57,937 nt of DNA, from assembly GCA_002352935.1 (NCBI GenBank), contig DDHO01000011.1:1-57937 (forward strand), written 5' to 3'. The notes under the pieces are model-generated. The model worked only from the letters and a program-made list of their open reading frames with translations. It was not told the DNA's origin and made no database searches. This document shows, one piece after another, positions 19,200 to 28,956 of the stretch. How positions within the stretch are numbered: the first letter of the stretch is position 1; each line of letters begins with the position of its first letter. This DNA comes from Firmicutes bacterium UBA1874 (GTDB lineage: Bacteria; Bacillota; UBA1874). Both the position numbers and the translations under genes were made by a program.

Positions 19200-20237
19200 T
19201 TACTTCCAATTTTCCCAATTTAATACTACTTCTTCCACTTCGTGGGTACGGCTACGCTGCATAAGATTGGACACACCTTGCTGCGGTGTTTCGTTTTCAA
19301 AAAGGACACGGTATACCTGCTGGCATATAGGCATCTCTATCCCCTTTTCGGAAGCCAGCCTCCATACCGCTTTTGTAGTACGCACACCTTCCACTACCAT
19401 TCCCATGCCAGCCAGCACCTCTTCCAGGCATTTCCCTTTTCCCAGTTCTTTACCCGCCCTCCAGTTCCGGCTGTACACGCTGGTACAGGTAACTATTAAA
19501 TCGCCTATTCCCGAAAGACCTGCAAAAGTGAGAGGGTTTGCTCCCATTTTAACACCCAGGCGGGTAATTTCAGCAATACCTCGCGTCATAAGAGCAGCTT
19601 TGGCATTATCCCCTAAGCCCAAGCCATCCGCGATCCCCGTCGCCAGGGCAATAACGTTCTTTAAAGCACCTCCAAGCTCTACTCCCGTAACATCAGGATT
19701 TGTATAGACCCGAAAAAAAGGTGTAATAAATACGTCCTGCACATATTCCGCAAGAGAACGTTCGGCAGAAGCGACTACTACCGTAGTCGGAAGTTTGCGG
19801 CTTACTTCCTCAGCATGACTGGGTCCCGACAGGACCGCAATACGGTTTTTTAAAGCTTTTGGTAATTCTTCAGATAGGACACGGGAAATAGTGTAAAGGC
19901 TATCCATTTCCAGGCCCTTTGCCGTATTTACAATGATCGCCTTCCCGCCTAGAAAAGGCCCAGACATTCTAATTACTTCTCTAACAGCATGAGAAGGAAC
20001 GCTAAGAATCACCATTTCCGCATTTGATAAAGCTTCTTTTAGGCTATCCGTAACTTCTATTTCCCGTGGAATTTTTACACCAGGGAGATAGCGGCTATTT
20101 TCTCGCGTTTCCATTATCGCCTGCGCGCTATGTCTCTTTCGGGCCCATAGAAAAACTTGAAAACTTTTATCGCCCAGCAAAACAGCAAGAGAAGTACCCC
20201 AGCTCCCGGCACCCAGCACTGCAATTTTCTTTGGCAT
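19200..20237 (-). CDS. gpsA: NAD(P)H-dependent glycerol-3-phosphate dehydrogenase
   Basis: KIAVLGAGSWGT Rossmann motif and full-length GpsA similarity. Confidence 0.93.
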   Translation of the reverse strand: MPKKIAVLGAGSWGTSLAVLLGDKSFQVFLWARKRHSAQAIMETRENSRYLPGVKIPREIEVTDSLKEALSNAEMVILSVPSHAVREVIRMSGPFLGGKAIIVNTAKGLEMDSLYTISRVLSEELPKALKNRIAVLSGPSHAEEVSRKLPTTVVVASAERSLAEYVQDVFITPFFRVYTNPDVTGVELGGALKNVIALATGIADGLGLGDNAKAALMTRGIAEITRLGVKMGANPLTFAGLSGIGDLIVTCTSVYSRNWRAGKELGKGKCLEEVLAGMGMVVEGVRTTKAVWRLASEKGIEMPICQQVYRVLFENETPQQGVSNLMQRSRTHEVEEVVLNWENWK

Positions 20238-20252
20238 TATTTCACCCCTTTG

Positions 20253-20846
20253 TCAGCCTGCTTTTTCTCCCCACTTATATTCCGTTCCATCGAGGAGTCT
20301 TTTCAAATTGGGACAGTGCCGGTAGATAATAAGCACGGCTACCACAACGCCGAATATAATATACGACCAGTGCTTATCAAAGGCCCATAAAAGTATGGGT
20401 ACTGAACCCGCCCCCAGGATGGAACCTAAAGAAACATAACGGGTTATGAAAACAGTTATTCCCCAGATGGAAAGTGCCAAAACCATCACCGGAGGAGCAA
20501 GAGCAATAAGAACTCCAGCCGCTGTAGCCACTCCACGGCCTCCATTAAATTTTAAAAATATTGACCAATTATGTCCCGCCATTGCTGCAAGTCCTGATAT
20601 CAGCCCCACAACAGGACCGCCAAAATATTTTCCTAATAACACGGCCAGAATCCCTTTTGCCACATCTCCCGCTAAGACGATTATCCCGGCTTTTCCCATT
20701 ACACGGAATGCATTAGTGGTGCCTATATTGCCGCTTCCATGCTTTCTTATATCAATACCTTTAGTTTTTCCAACTATAAAGCCAACAGGTACCGAGCCCA
20801 GCAAATAACTTATAAGTACAATAACAAGAATAAGCATTTTATCCAC
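20253..20846 (-). CDS. plsY: Glycerol-3-phosphate acyltransferase PlsY
   Basis: GSGNIGTTNAFR motif and five-TM topology. Confidence 0.92.
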   Translation of the reverse strand: MDKMLILVIVLISYLLGSVPVGFIVGKTKGIDIRKHGSGNIGTTNAFRVMGKAGIIVLAGDVAKGILAVLLGKYFGGPVVGLISGLAAMAGHNWSIFLKFNGGRGVATAAGVLIALAPPVMVLALSIWGITVFITRYVSLGSILGAGSVPILLWAFDKHWSYIIFGVVVAVLIIYRHCPNLKRLLDGTEYKWGEKAG

Positions 20847-20879
20847 CTAGTTAATTCCCCCTTGTAACCGAACAACATA

Positions 20880-22280
20880 TCATGTCCTTCTATCTTTCCT
20901 GCGCACGCTTAACCATATAGGAGTGCCTTCAAAGCCAAAAGATTGCCGGATATGATTCTCTAAATACCTGCGGTAAGAAAAATGTAGCAGCCGTGAGTCA
21001 TTTACAAATAACACAAAAGTAGGCGGTTGGATTTTAACCTGGGTAGCATAGTAAATTTTCATCCTCCGGCCTTTATATGCAGGCGGAGGGCTGATCCCTA
21101 CCGCTTCGTTTATAACATCGTTGAGAACCGAAGTGCTAACCTTTTTTTTGGCTTCCCCCACAACCTTGTCGACCTGTTTCATAACTTGGGGGACTCTTTT
21201 CCCGGTAAGAGCAGAAATAAAAATGACGGGTACATAATAAGCAAATGGAAATGCCTGTTTAATCTCCTGTCTATAAGTCTCCATCGTAATGGATTCCTTT
21301 TCTACCAGGTCCCATTTGTTAACAACGAGAATAGCAGCTTTCCCGTTTTCCAATGCATAACCCAAAATGCGTTTGTCCTGTTTACTGATCTTATTCGTCG
21401 CATCTATGACCACAAGAACTACATCCGAACGGTCAATTGCTCTGAGCGCTCTAATAACGCTGTACCGTTCAACCGGTTCTGCTATACGGGATTTCCGACG
21501 GATCCCCGCTGTATCAATAATTACATAAGACCTGTCTTGGAAACGGAAAAAACTGTCCACCGCATCCCTGGTAGTGCCAGGTAGATCACTTACTATTTGT
21601 TTTTTCTGTCCCAATAAGCAGTTTACCAGAGACGATTTTCCTACATTAGGCCGGCCAACCACCGCGAGCTTTACTACTTCTTCACCGTAATCTTTATCCT
21701 CCACAAGAGGCAAAACCTCCACAAGACGATCCAAAAGCTCGCCGGTGTTAGTTCCGTGCAGTGCAGAAACCGCAATAGGTTCGCCTAAACCTAGAGCACT
21801 AAACTGGTACACAGGAGAAAGGTTTTTAAAATCATCTACTTTATTGGCTACTACTAGCAGAGGCTTTTTTGTCCGTCGCAAAATATCAGCCACTGCTAGG
21901 TCATCAGGGAGAATACCTTCCTGAGCATCAACTACAAATAATATTGCATCAGCTTCCTTTAAAGCAGTTCTTGCTTGCTGCTGGACCTCTTCGACTACTG
22001 AGCCTTTTTCAGCATCAGAGACCATTCCACCCGTATCAACAAGGGTAAATGTCCTCCCCGACCATTCCGCTTCGCAATAAAGAGAGTCCCGCGTAACCCC
22101 AGGAGTGTCTTCCACTATGGCAAACCGGTAGCCCGCTAGACGATTAAAGAGGGTTGATTTACCCACATTTGGCCGCCCGACGACGGCCACAATCAGCTTA
22201 GGCAAGTTATAAAACCTTCCTTTCTTCTCATTCGTGTACTTAGTTTTAGTGTGATTAATTAAAATATTCTTCTCGTCCAT
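20880..22280 (-). CDS. der: Ribosome biogenesis GTPase Der (EngA)
   Basis: Two GTPase domains (GRPNVGKS twice) plus a KH-like C-terminus. An alternative TTG start at 22205 follows AAGGAAGG and would remove a 25-aa N-terminal extension. Confidence 0.92.
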   Translation of the reverse strand: MDEKNILINHTKTKYTNEKKGRFYNLPKLIVAVVGRPNVGKSTLFNRLAGYRFAIVEDTPGVTRDSLYCEAEWSGRTFTLVDTGGMVSDAEKGSVVEEVQQQARTALKEADAILFVVDAQEGILPDDLAVADILRRTKKPLLVVANKVDDFKNLSPVYQFSALGLGEPIAVSALHGTNTGELLDRLVEVLPLVEDKDYGEEVVKLAVVGRPNVGKSSLVNCLLGQKKQIVSDLPGTTRDAVDSFFRFQDRSYVIIDTAGIRRKSRIAEPVERYSVIRALRAIDRSDVVLVVIDATNKISKQDKRILGYALENGKAAILVVNKWDLVEKESITMETYRQEIKQAFPFAYYVPVIFISALTGKRVPQVMKQVDKVVGEAKKKVSTSVLNDVINEAVGISPPPAYKGRRMKIYYATQVKIQPPTFVLFVNDSRLLHFSYRRYLENHIRQSFGFEGTPIWLSVRRKDRRT

Positions 22281-23609
22281 TCAAGCTGTCAAACTTCGGA
22301 CTAGTCCTCGAGCTTCCGGTGGCACAGGTTTTATCGACACACAAAGTTTGTCGGAAACTTCTTGCAACGACAGACCATCAAGGAAAAGGCCCTCCTGATT
22401 AAGCGCTGAGCCCGGAAGAAGCAGCTCCCCGTACGCTTCGTTTTTCAGGTAAGCAGGCAGTTGCTTTATAAGATCAGAAGCGGTAAGCAGGCCCGCAACA
22501 GTTACCGAAGGACCGAAAAAATTGTTTTGGAGAGGTAAAACCCGGGCATTAAACCCTCCTATCTTACGCTTAATTACAGACAGCACCTCCTCCAAAAAAG
22601 GAGCTGCCAGAGTTCCAGTAATTATACCTACTTTTTTTCCGTTATTTACTCTTGAACTCCGTTTAATAATATCGGCTAGCTCTTTACGGAAAAAGCTGAT
22701 CATTCCAATTCCATTTTCTAACTGAGGAAAACCTTCGTATGTTTCCGGGGATGGGATTTCATAACCAGCAAGCAAATAAAACTCATCAGCAGCAAATACA
22801 AAGCGAGAGCCTGCCTGCTTATAGTAAAATTCCTGGTAATCTTTTATTAAGTCCAGGACCTTTTGGGCCGTTGCCCTTTTGTATCCCTCTAATTTAAAGA
22901 GGCCTTCGCGGTAAGAAGTCAGGCCAACAGGTACTACTGCCAGAGTTTGAACGGCCGGCCAAAGCGAAAAAACATCATTAATGGTACGTTCCAACTCCCT
23001 ACCGTCATTAATGCCGGGGCAAAGAACCGCCTGTAAATGCAGCTCTATTCCTGCTTCAGACAGACGTTTTAAAATATTCAAAATATTTTTGGCCGAGGCA
23101 TTACCCAAAAGTTTAGAACGAAGGCGATCATTAGTAGTATGTACCGACACATAAAGGGGGCTTAGGTGCCAGCGGGTAATACGCTTAATGTCTTCCTTTC
23201 TCAGGTTGGTAAGAGTAATATAGTTTCCAAAAAGAAAAGAAAGCCGGTAATCGTCGTCCTTGACGTAGAGACTTTTTCTTAATCCTTCAGGCATCTGATC
23301 TACAAAGCAAAAAAGGCATTTATTGCAGCACCTGCGTATCTTCCCAAAAACAGCATCTTCAAAAGATATTCCCAAATCCTCTTCATATTCCTTTTCTATT
23401 TCGACCTGCCAGCGTTCCCCGCAGGGTTTTAATATTTCCAGGTTTACGTATTCATCCGCACATAAAAACTGATAATCAATTAAATCAGACGGTATTTTTC
23501 CGTTGATGCTCAAAACAATGTCACCCGCTTTTATTCCCAACTCCTCTGCTATGCTTCCTGGAAGGACACCGGATATCAGGGCTTCGGACTTTTTCGGCAA
23601 TCCTTTCAC
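22281..23609 (-). CDS. DUF512 domain protein (PDZ plus radical-SAM-like region)
   Basis: PDZ-like N-terminus (GSIAEELGIKAGDIVLSING), CCNKCLFCF cysteine cluster, and the conserved position upstream of der. Confidence 0.75.
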   Translation of the reverse strand: MKGLPKKSEALISGVLPGSIAEELGIKAGDIVLSINGKIPSDLIDYQFLCADEYVNLEILKPCGERWQVEIEKEYEEDLGISFEDAVFGKIRRCCNKCLFCFVDQMPEGLRKSLYVKDDDYRLSFLFGNYITLTNLRKEDIKRITRWHLSPLYVSVHTTNDRLRSKLLGNASAKNILNILKRLSEAGIELHLQAVLCPGINDGRELERTINDVFSLWPAVQTLAVVPVGLTSYREGLFKLEGYKRATAQKVLDLIKDYQEFYYKQAGSRFVFAADEFYLLAGYEIPSPETYEGFPQLENGIGMISFFRKELADIIKRSSRVNNGKKVGIITGTLAAPFLEEVLSVIKRKIGGFNARVLPLQNNFFGPSVTVAGLLTASDLIKQLPAYLKNEAYGELLLPGSALNQEGLFLDGLSLQEVSDKLCVSIKPVPPEARGLVRSLTA

Positions 23610-23647
23610 CTCTTAAATAATTATTATCCATTATCCCTGATCGGAAG

Positions 23648-24121
23648 TCAAGCTTTTGCAAATGGTCTACCACTATCAGCCCTGCGGGCCTTTCTGCCCT
23701 GGCTGATAAGTTTAAAATAAGCATTTTTTAAAAGGATTAAAATTAATTTTCTGCTGAGGCTTTTCATTCCCGGCAACGTACGGAAAATATGTAATTGGTT
23801 GATTAAAGGCGAAACATACTTTTCACAATCAATTAATATCATTTCTTCGCGTGGTATACCAAAAAGATCGGAAAAACCTCGAATAATTTTAAAGCATATC
23901 TTCTTTTTGTTCATCACCGGTAAAGTATATACGCCATTTCCTTCTTCATCTTTTCCCAAGAATAGCGGTCTGCCGCTGATTTGAGAAGGAGGGAGGTCAA
24001 AAAAAGGAAGAGAAAGAACATTTCTCTTCGAATATTCTTCTCCTTTAAGAATGCCCAAATGGGCTGATGCCGCGATAACAGAAGCATGAACACCGCTGCC
24101 GCAACAATAAAAAAAATTCAT
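23648..24121 (-). CDS. DUF3189 family protein
   Basis: N-terminal FYCCGSGVHASVIAASAHLG, a paralogue of the next gene. Confidence 0.6.
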   Translation of the reverse strand: MNFFYCCGSGVHASVIAASAHLGILKGEEYSKRNVLSLPFFDLPPSQISGRPLFLGKDEEGNGVYTLPVMNKKKICFKIIRGFSDLFGIPREEMILIDCEKYVSPLINQLHIFRTLPGMKSLSRKLILILLKNAYFKLISQGRKARRADSGRPFAKA

Positions 24122-24630
24122 GCTCGGGCATCCCCCGGAGAAAAAAAGGATAGTTCGCCAGCAGCGTCTTTGTCCTGAATATCTTCTTTTACACTATTCA
24201 CCAGATTGACAAATTTAAAATAAGAGTGCTGTACTCCCAATAATACAAGCGGACGCCCTATCCATATTACCTTTAAAGCTCTTGAAAGAAATCCACCGAG
24301 CTTCATGGGAAAATTAACAGCAGGCAGTGTGTTCACTAACAGGAATTCTGAAGAAGGAATTTGGAGTATTTCTGCAAGCCCTGTAAGCATAGGTTCAAAT
24401 ATATCTCCCAGGCTCTGGCGACCTATTGTGTAGATCTCGTTTCCGAATTTATCCTTTCCCATAAATTGAAACTGACCGTGTTGAAACGACTGTTGGGTAT
24501 CAAAATACGCCAGATCCAGAATTTCCCTTGCGCTCGGTACTCTGTTTGAAGGCAAAAGTTCTAAATGAATGCCGGCAGCAAGCACGGAAGAATGTGAACC
24601 GCCAAAGCAGTGATAAATTATTTTCACCAA
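24118..24630 (-). CDS. DUF3189 family protein
   Basis: N-terminal IYHCFGGSHSSVLAAGIHL. Overlaps the downstream paralogue by 4 nt. Confidence 0.6.
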   Translation of the reverse strand: MVKIIYHCFGGSHSSVLAAGIHLELLPSNRVPSAREILDLAYFDTQQSFQHGQFQFMGKDKFGNEIYTIGRQSLGDIFEPMLTGLAEILQIPSSEFLLVNTLPAVNFPMKLGGFLSRALKVIWIGRPLVLLGVQHSYFKFVNLVNSVKEDIQDKDAAGELSFFSPGDARA

Positions 24631-24681
24631 ATACTTCCTCCTCTTTGGTAAAGACGGTTTTCTCTTTAAATGTCTGTTTCA

Positions 24682-24882
24682 CTAATGTTTCATCAATATA
24701 TAAACCCCGTTTTCAAGGTCATGTGCCATAGCTTTTAAAGTACGGCTTAAATTCAAGGCTATTTTTTCTTGTTCTTCTTCGTTTTCAGCGATAAAAATCG
24801 GGGCTCCACCGGGTTTAACTTTATTCCTTGCCCCAGCTAGTACTACTATGGCCAGGATCTTACCCTTTTGCTCTATATCCAT
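24682..24882 (-). CDS. Small protein, capping complex subunit for YIEGIA
   Basis: 66-aa ORF immediately downstream of the YIEGIA gene, and the sequence type matches that family from memory. Confidence 0.5.
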   Translation of the reverse strand: MDIEQKGKILAIVVLAGARNKVKPGGAPIFIAENEEEQEKIALNLSRTLKAMAHDLENGVYILMKH

Positions 24883-24892
24883 CCTTATTCTC

Positions 24893-25783
24893 CTAGTCAG
24901 CAGCTGATCTACCCACAGCAGTCTTTAATGGAAACCGCTTGGCGCTTTCCAATACAGGAACTTTTCGGATAGCCTCTAAAAAACACTCTTCATCTTTTTC
25001 GTTGGGAACAATAAAGACTGCAATTTCACCGGTATCAATATTTTTTCGTGCAAGGGGAGACCATTCCAGTTCCCCTTCCTCTCTTTTTGTTCCGATGAGA
25101 ATTGCTACCGTATTTAAAATTGCCTGGCGCTGGCCAATATCGTGAATAATAGCCCTGACATTATCATTTTTAGGCTTCAGAACAGCTCCCAGGCCATCCT
25201 GCAATATCTTTTTGCGGGCCTCTTTAAGTCCCACATTCATAATTACTATATCTCCTATTTTAAGCAGGGCCCCTTCAAAATGCGGCTTAACAGGAACCAC
25301 ATCCACCAGTTCACCCAGCGTTTCACCACGCATAAAATAGATGCTCAATAAAATTCCCATTAAGCCGCCGAGCAGGCCGTAAAACCAGTTCCCGAACAAG
25401 GTAAGGGAACTGACAACAAGAGCTGCACCCATAACAAGATAATTTCTCGCTTCAAAAACCCGGGCTATTCCTTCAACAAAATCCAAACCGCGGGGCACCA
25501 GTTCAATTTTTTCCAGCTGGGCCAGACTGTTGCGTTCCATATTTCTTACTTCCCGAAACTGCTGTGCAGCCAGTGCAAGGAAAGTTACTGCGGTAAACTC
25601 TTTTTCTAACAAAGCAGGAACTGCTACCGAACCCAAAGCAGCAGCAATAAAACCTAAAAAAAGGTGGGTTATATACCCGTGAGGATAACCGGGATAATGC
25701 CGGTAATCGTTTCTTAAAATAACAATTCTAGCAACTAATCCAGCAGCAATACCCATAACAATAGCGGTGCCGTATTCTGCCAC
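24893..25783 (-). CDS. YIEGIA family membrane protein
   Basis: Multi-TM protein with the signature variant DFVEGIA. Conserved sporeformer neighbourhood next to spoIIP. Confidence 0.7.
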   Translation of the reverse strand: MAEYGTAIVMGIAAGLVARIVILRNDYRHYPGYPHGYITHLFLGFIAAALGSVAVPALLEKEFTAVTFLALAAQQFREVRNMERNSLAQLEKIELVPRGLDFVEGIARVFEARNYLVMGAALVVSSLTLFGNWFYGLLGGLMGILLSIYFMRGETLGELVDVVPVKPHFEGALLKIGDIVIMNVGLKEARKKILQDGLGAVLKPKNDNVRAIIHDIGQRQAILNTVAILIGTKREEGELEWSPLARKNIDTGEIAVFIVPNEKDEECFLEAIRKVPVLESAKRFPLKTAVGRSAAD

Positions 25784-25833
25784 TTCTCCCCCTCCCGGCT
25801 AATTATTTCATTTTCTTTGTAATTAACTTAACA

Positions 25834-27015
25834 TTACTCTTTTTTCCGCATTCGGTTTCTCATATCCGCCCACTCCCAGGAGCCAAATTGTTTTAATTTT
25901 TCGACCGCTCCACGGAGGCTGCCCGTACTTAATACCAGAAAAGCCATTCCGCCTACGACAAGGGCAATGATTACCCAAAATATCCCTTTCCAATCTCCCG
26001 GCGTACTCCCGGGGCTGGTGCCCGGCGTAACTCCTAACACCGCAGGGACTGTGTCTGCAAACATTCTGGCCCCGTTTTGGACACGTTCTAAGCTGTTCGT
26101 ATAAGTTCCCATTTCCAAAATAAGATTCCTGGGAGCAATGTCCTGGTTATAATTGCCCCTTGCCAGAAAAATGCTGTGAATAAGCCCCGGACGTTTTTCG
26201 TCCAGGTATGCCTTTATCTGCTTGGCAAAATCCAGGTTGGCCTGCATATTGGCATTTTGTCTTCCTACCACCAGTCGTATTTGAGCGACTTTTTCTCCCG
26301 AAACCTCTTCTAGATAAAACTCCGGATCAGGAATCCCGTCCCGATGAATGTCAAATATAGCGACGGGTTTTTCGTCCAGGTGTTTGACAACCGTACGCCT
26401 GGAACGCTTGTAAGCATTATTGTCTTTTGGTTCGTGGGGCGTCTTATCCTGAATAACGTTAACCCCTTTCTCTTTCATGGTGTTGGCTACTACTTCTCCG
26501 ACTTTAAAGACGTCGCCCGAAGCAGGCTTGCTTTCAGTGCCGCTGGTAGGAAGATACGACTCGTCGCTGTGCGTATGGTAAATTAAGACGGCATTATTGT
26601 TGGCCTCAGCTCCCTGAAAGGGAACGTTTTCAGACCCGGTATACATTCCTCGTACCCCGATTCCGGTAAAATAATTTTTAAGAGAAATTTTATTACCATT
26701 CCACTTCAATTCTTCTTTTCCGCTCAATTTTGCATAGGCTTCGTCTCCATTAACCCGTGTAACTTTGTACCGCAGGTTATCCCGGGTAATAAACTCGTCC
26801 CCTACAAATACGAAACGAGAAGTTTTGTCGATAATATTACCGTCTTCATCACGAATCGTATAATACTGTCCATCAGGACGTTCCCCTTCCAAAAAGTTTA
26901 ATTCCGAGTCTGAAACTGCGTGGATCTGCATATTACTCACAGAAAAAGATGCTGCTAGTATCAAAAATATTGATATAATCGAAGCAATTAATGTTTTTCT
27001 ATTTTTATTTTTCAT
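25834..27015 (-). CDS. spoIIP: Stage II sporulation protein P
   Basis: N-terminal TM, then LIYHTHSDESY and DIHRDG amidase-like motifs. Confidence 0.9.
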   Translation of the reverse strand: MKNKNRKTLIASIISIFLILAASFSVSNMQIHAVSDSELNFLEGERPDGQYYTIRDEDGNIIDKTSRFVFVGDEFITRDNLRYKVTRVNGDEAYAKLSGKEELKWNGNKISLKNYFTGIGVRGMYTGSENVPFQGAEANNNAVLIYHTHSDESYLPTSGTESKPASGDVFKVGEVVANTMKEKGVNVIQDKTPHEPKDNNAYKRSRRTVVKHLDEKPVAIFDIHRDGIPDPEFYLEEVSGEKVAQIRLVVGRQNANMQANLDFAKQIKAYLDEKRPGLIHSIFLARGNYNQDIAPRNLILEMGTYTNSLERVQNGARMFADTVPAVLGVTPGTSPGSTPGDWKGIFWVIIALVVGGMAFLVLSTGSLRGAVEKLKQFGSWEWADMRNRMRKKE

Positions 27016-27742
27016 GATCGTTTCCCCCGTTGCTTTCGGGCTTTTTAATTTTTGGTTCCGATTCGATATTTCTCAAATGTTTCAGAAGCGGTTCGGGATG
27101 CCCTTCAACTTTAGGACCACCCTGCAGACGTTCTCTTCCCTCACCTATAACTTCAGCAAGGAACACCGCAATCACCCCCGAGAGAATAATGGCATCAAAT
27201 GCTCCTGCTCCTCCGAAAGAGACAACTCCGGGAGTATCTGTTATAATAAGCCAGGCTAAGTCATAAAAATCAAGTAAAAGGACGCCTACAACTGCTCCAA
27301 TAAACGCTGCTCGACGGGATCGACCCAGCAAATACGCAACTATTCCGGCAGCCAGAGGATAAACAAACATGGGATCAATAACGTCCCGCCCGGTTTGCCA
27401 GAGATCCCCCCGCAGCCAGTAACTATTAATTAATATTGCTGTACCTGCTGTAACAACTGCAGCCAGCAGGGCTCGGACTTGTTCCCAGCGGGTTCCCGCC
27501 CGGACCAAAAGATACGCTGACAGGATAACCGGGATCACTGCACCCCCGACATTAATAGAAAAATCTATTCCTGCTACACTAAAAGGAAGATTGACGAAAC
27601 TTCCGATTATAATTGCTGCTATAATCCCCAGCGCTGCCCTGTCGCTTAACTGCATGCGGTCTAGAGCACGCTGAGCAACACCGAAATATATAAGCACTGA
27701 CAAAACCAGTAGTACGATCATACCTGCGGGAAACCCAAGCAT
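27005..27742 (-). CDS. DUF1614 domain membrane protein
   Basis: Polytopic membrane protein with an INVGGAVIPV-type segment. Confidence 0.55.
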   Translation of the reverse strand: MLGFPAGMIVLLVLSVLIYFGVAQRALDRMQLSDRAALGIIAAIIIGSFVNLPFSVAGIDFSINVGGAVIPVILSAYLLVRAGTRWEQVRALLAAVVTAGTAILINSYWLRGDLWQTGRDVIDPMFVYPLAAGIVAYLLGRSRRAAFIGAVVGVLLLDFYDLAWLIITDTPGVVSFGGAGAFDAIILSGVIAVFLAEVIGEGRERLQGGPKVEGHPEPLLKHLRNIESEPKIKKPESNGGNDHEK

Positions 27743-27805
27743 GATCTCCGCCCCTTCACGGTATTTTGTTCCTATCTTTCCCCAGATAACAAACTCGTAT
27801 ACAAA

Positions 27806-27842
27806 GAAAAAACGGCTCCTTTTTAAAAAGAGCCGTTTTTAA
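27806..27842 (-). terminator. Terminator after fni
   Basis: AAACGGCTC pairs with GAGCCGTTT (27810-27838) with flanking A/T runs. Symmetric on both strands. Confidence 0.7.
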
Positions 27843-27855
27843 TCTTCAAACCCAA

Positions 27856-28956
27856 TTATCGTTGAGCAAAAAAGTATGTGTTTATTCCTCTTTGTTGAGC
27901 CCACTCTCTAGTTTTTCCGGTAATAACAGCAGGTTTTTTTCTCAGTTCCTCTGGAATCCGGGCCCCCTGTAAAAACATCATTCTTTTCAATTCCAGATTC
28001 CATTCTTCTATTCTTTGAATAAGAGCACTTTCGGAATCCTGGTGTAGTATTTTTAAGAATATCCCCGCTGCTCCGGCCATTTCAGCACCTAAAACCAGCA
28101 CCTTACACCAATCGAGCGGGCTGCTTATCCCGCCGCTCGCTATTATATGTACGGGCAGCCCGGTACTCATCACTTCCAACAGGCTGACAGGAGTGGGGAT
28201 ACCCAAGAATCTCAGGGAACTTTTACATCTCAGCCTGCTTTCTTCAATGGCTACAAAATTCGTGCCCCCGCTCCCCCCGATATCCAAATATTCAATTCCT
28301 TCTCTTAAAAGAAGACTTGCCGCCTCTTTGGATAAACCAAACCCAACTTCCTTTACAATAACCGGTAAATTTAAAAAATTGCGCAATTTACAAATATTCT
28401 CAAGAAGCCCCCTGAACCTGCGGTCTCCTTCCTGCATAACTATTTCCTGTGCTGCATTTAAGTGAAGCTGCAGCCCATCGGCTTCCAGCATTTCCACGGC
28501 AGCCCGGGCAAAATCCGGAGAAGCAGAAGCGCTTACATTGGCCAAAACAACACCGCAGGGATTTTCCCTGCGTACAACTCTGAAGCTTTCAATTAAACTT
28601 TCCTCTTCCAAAGCAGCTGTTTGGGAGCCAACAGCCACCGCTACGCCCGTTTCCCGGGCAACGCGGCCCATACTTCTGTTTATTTCGAGCCCCTGCCGGG
28701 TTCCTCCCGTGATAGAATTTATTAAAAGAGGCATACGCAAATTCTTGCCCAGCCAGCAAAACGATGTATCGACTTCTTCCATATCCAGCTCCGGCAGAGC
28801 TTGAGAAATTAAATAAATATCCTGAAGCCAGTTTTCCTTTAGATCGCTATCCTGTTGTAAAGCATATCTAATGTGTTCCGCCTTTCTTTCTTGTCGGAGA
28901 GAAAGCGCACTGCTAGTCTTTATTTTCTTGGACTTTATTCTCCTCAAAAAGTTCAC
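27856..28956 (-). CDS. fni: Type 2 isopentenyl-diphosphate delta-isomerase (FMN-dependent)
   Basis: RKAEHIRYAL N-terminal motif and TIM-barrel FMN enzyme pattern (GGSGGTNF). The exact start is uncertain. The GTG at 28956 overlaps the upstream gene by 44 nt. Confidence 0.88.
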   Translation of the reverse strand: MNFLRRIKSKKIKTSSALSLRQERKAEHIRYALQQDSDLKENWLQDIYLISQALPELDMEEVDTSFCWLGKNLRMPLLINSITGGTRQGLEINRSMGRVARETGVAVAVGSQTAALEEESLIESFRVVRRENPCGVVLANVSASASPDFARAAVEMLEADGLQLHLNAAQEIVMQEGDRRFRGLLENICKLRNFLNLPVIVKEVGFGLSKEAASLLLREGIEYLDIGGSGGTNFVAIEESRLRCKSSLRFLGIPTPVSLLEVMSTGLPVHIIASGGISSPLDWCKVLVLGAEMAGAAGIFLKILHQDSESALIQRIEEWNLELKRMMFLQGARIPEELRKKPAVITGKTREWAQQRGINTYFFAQR

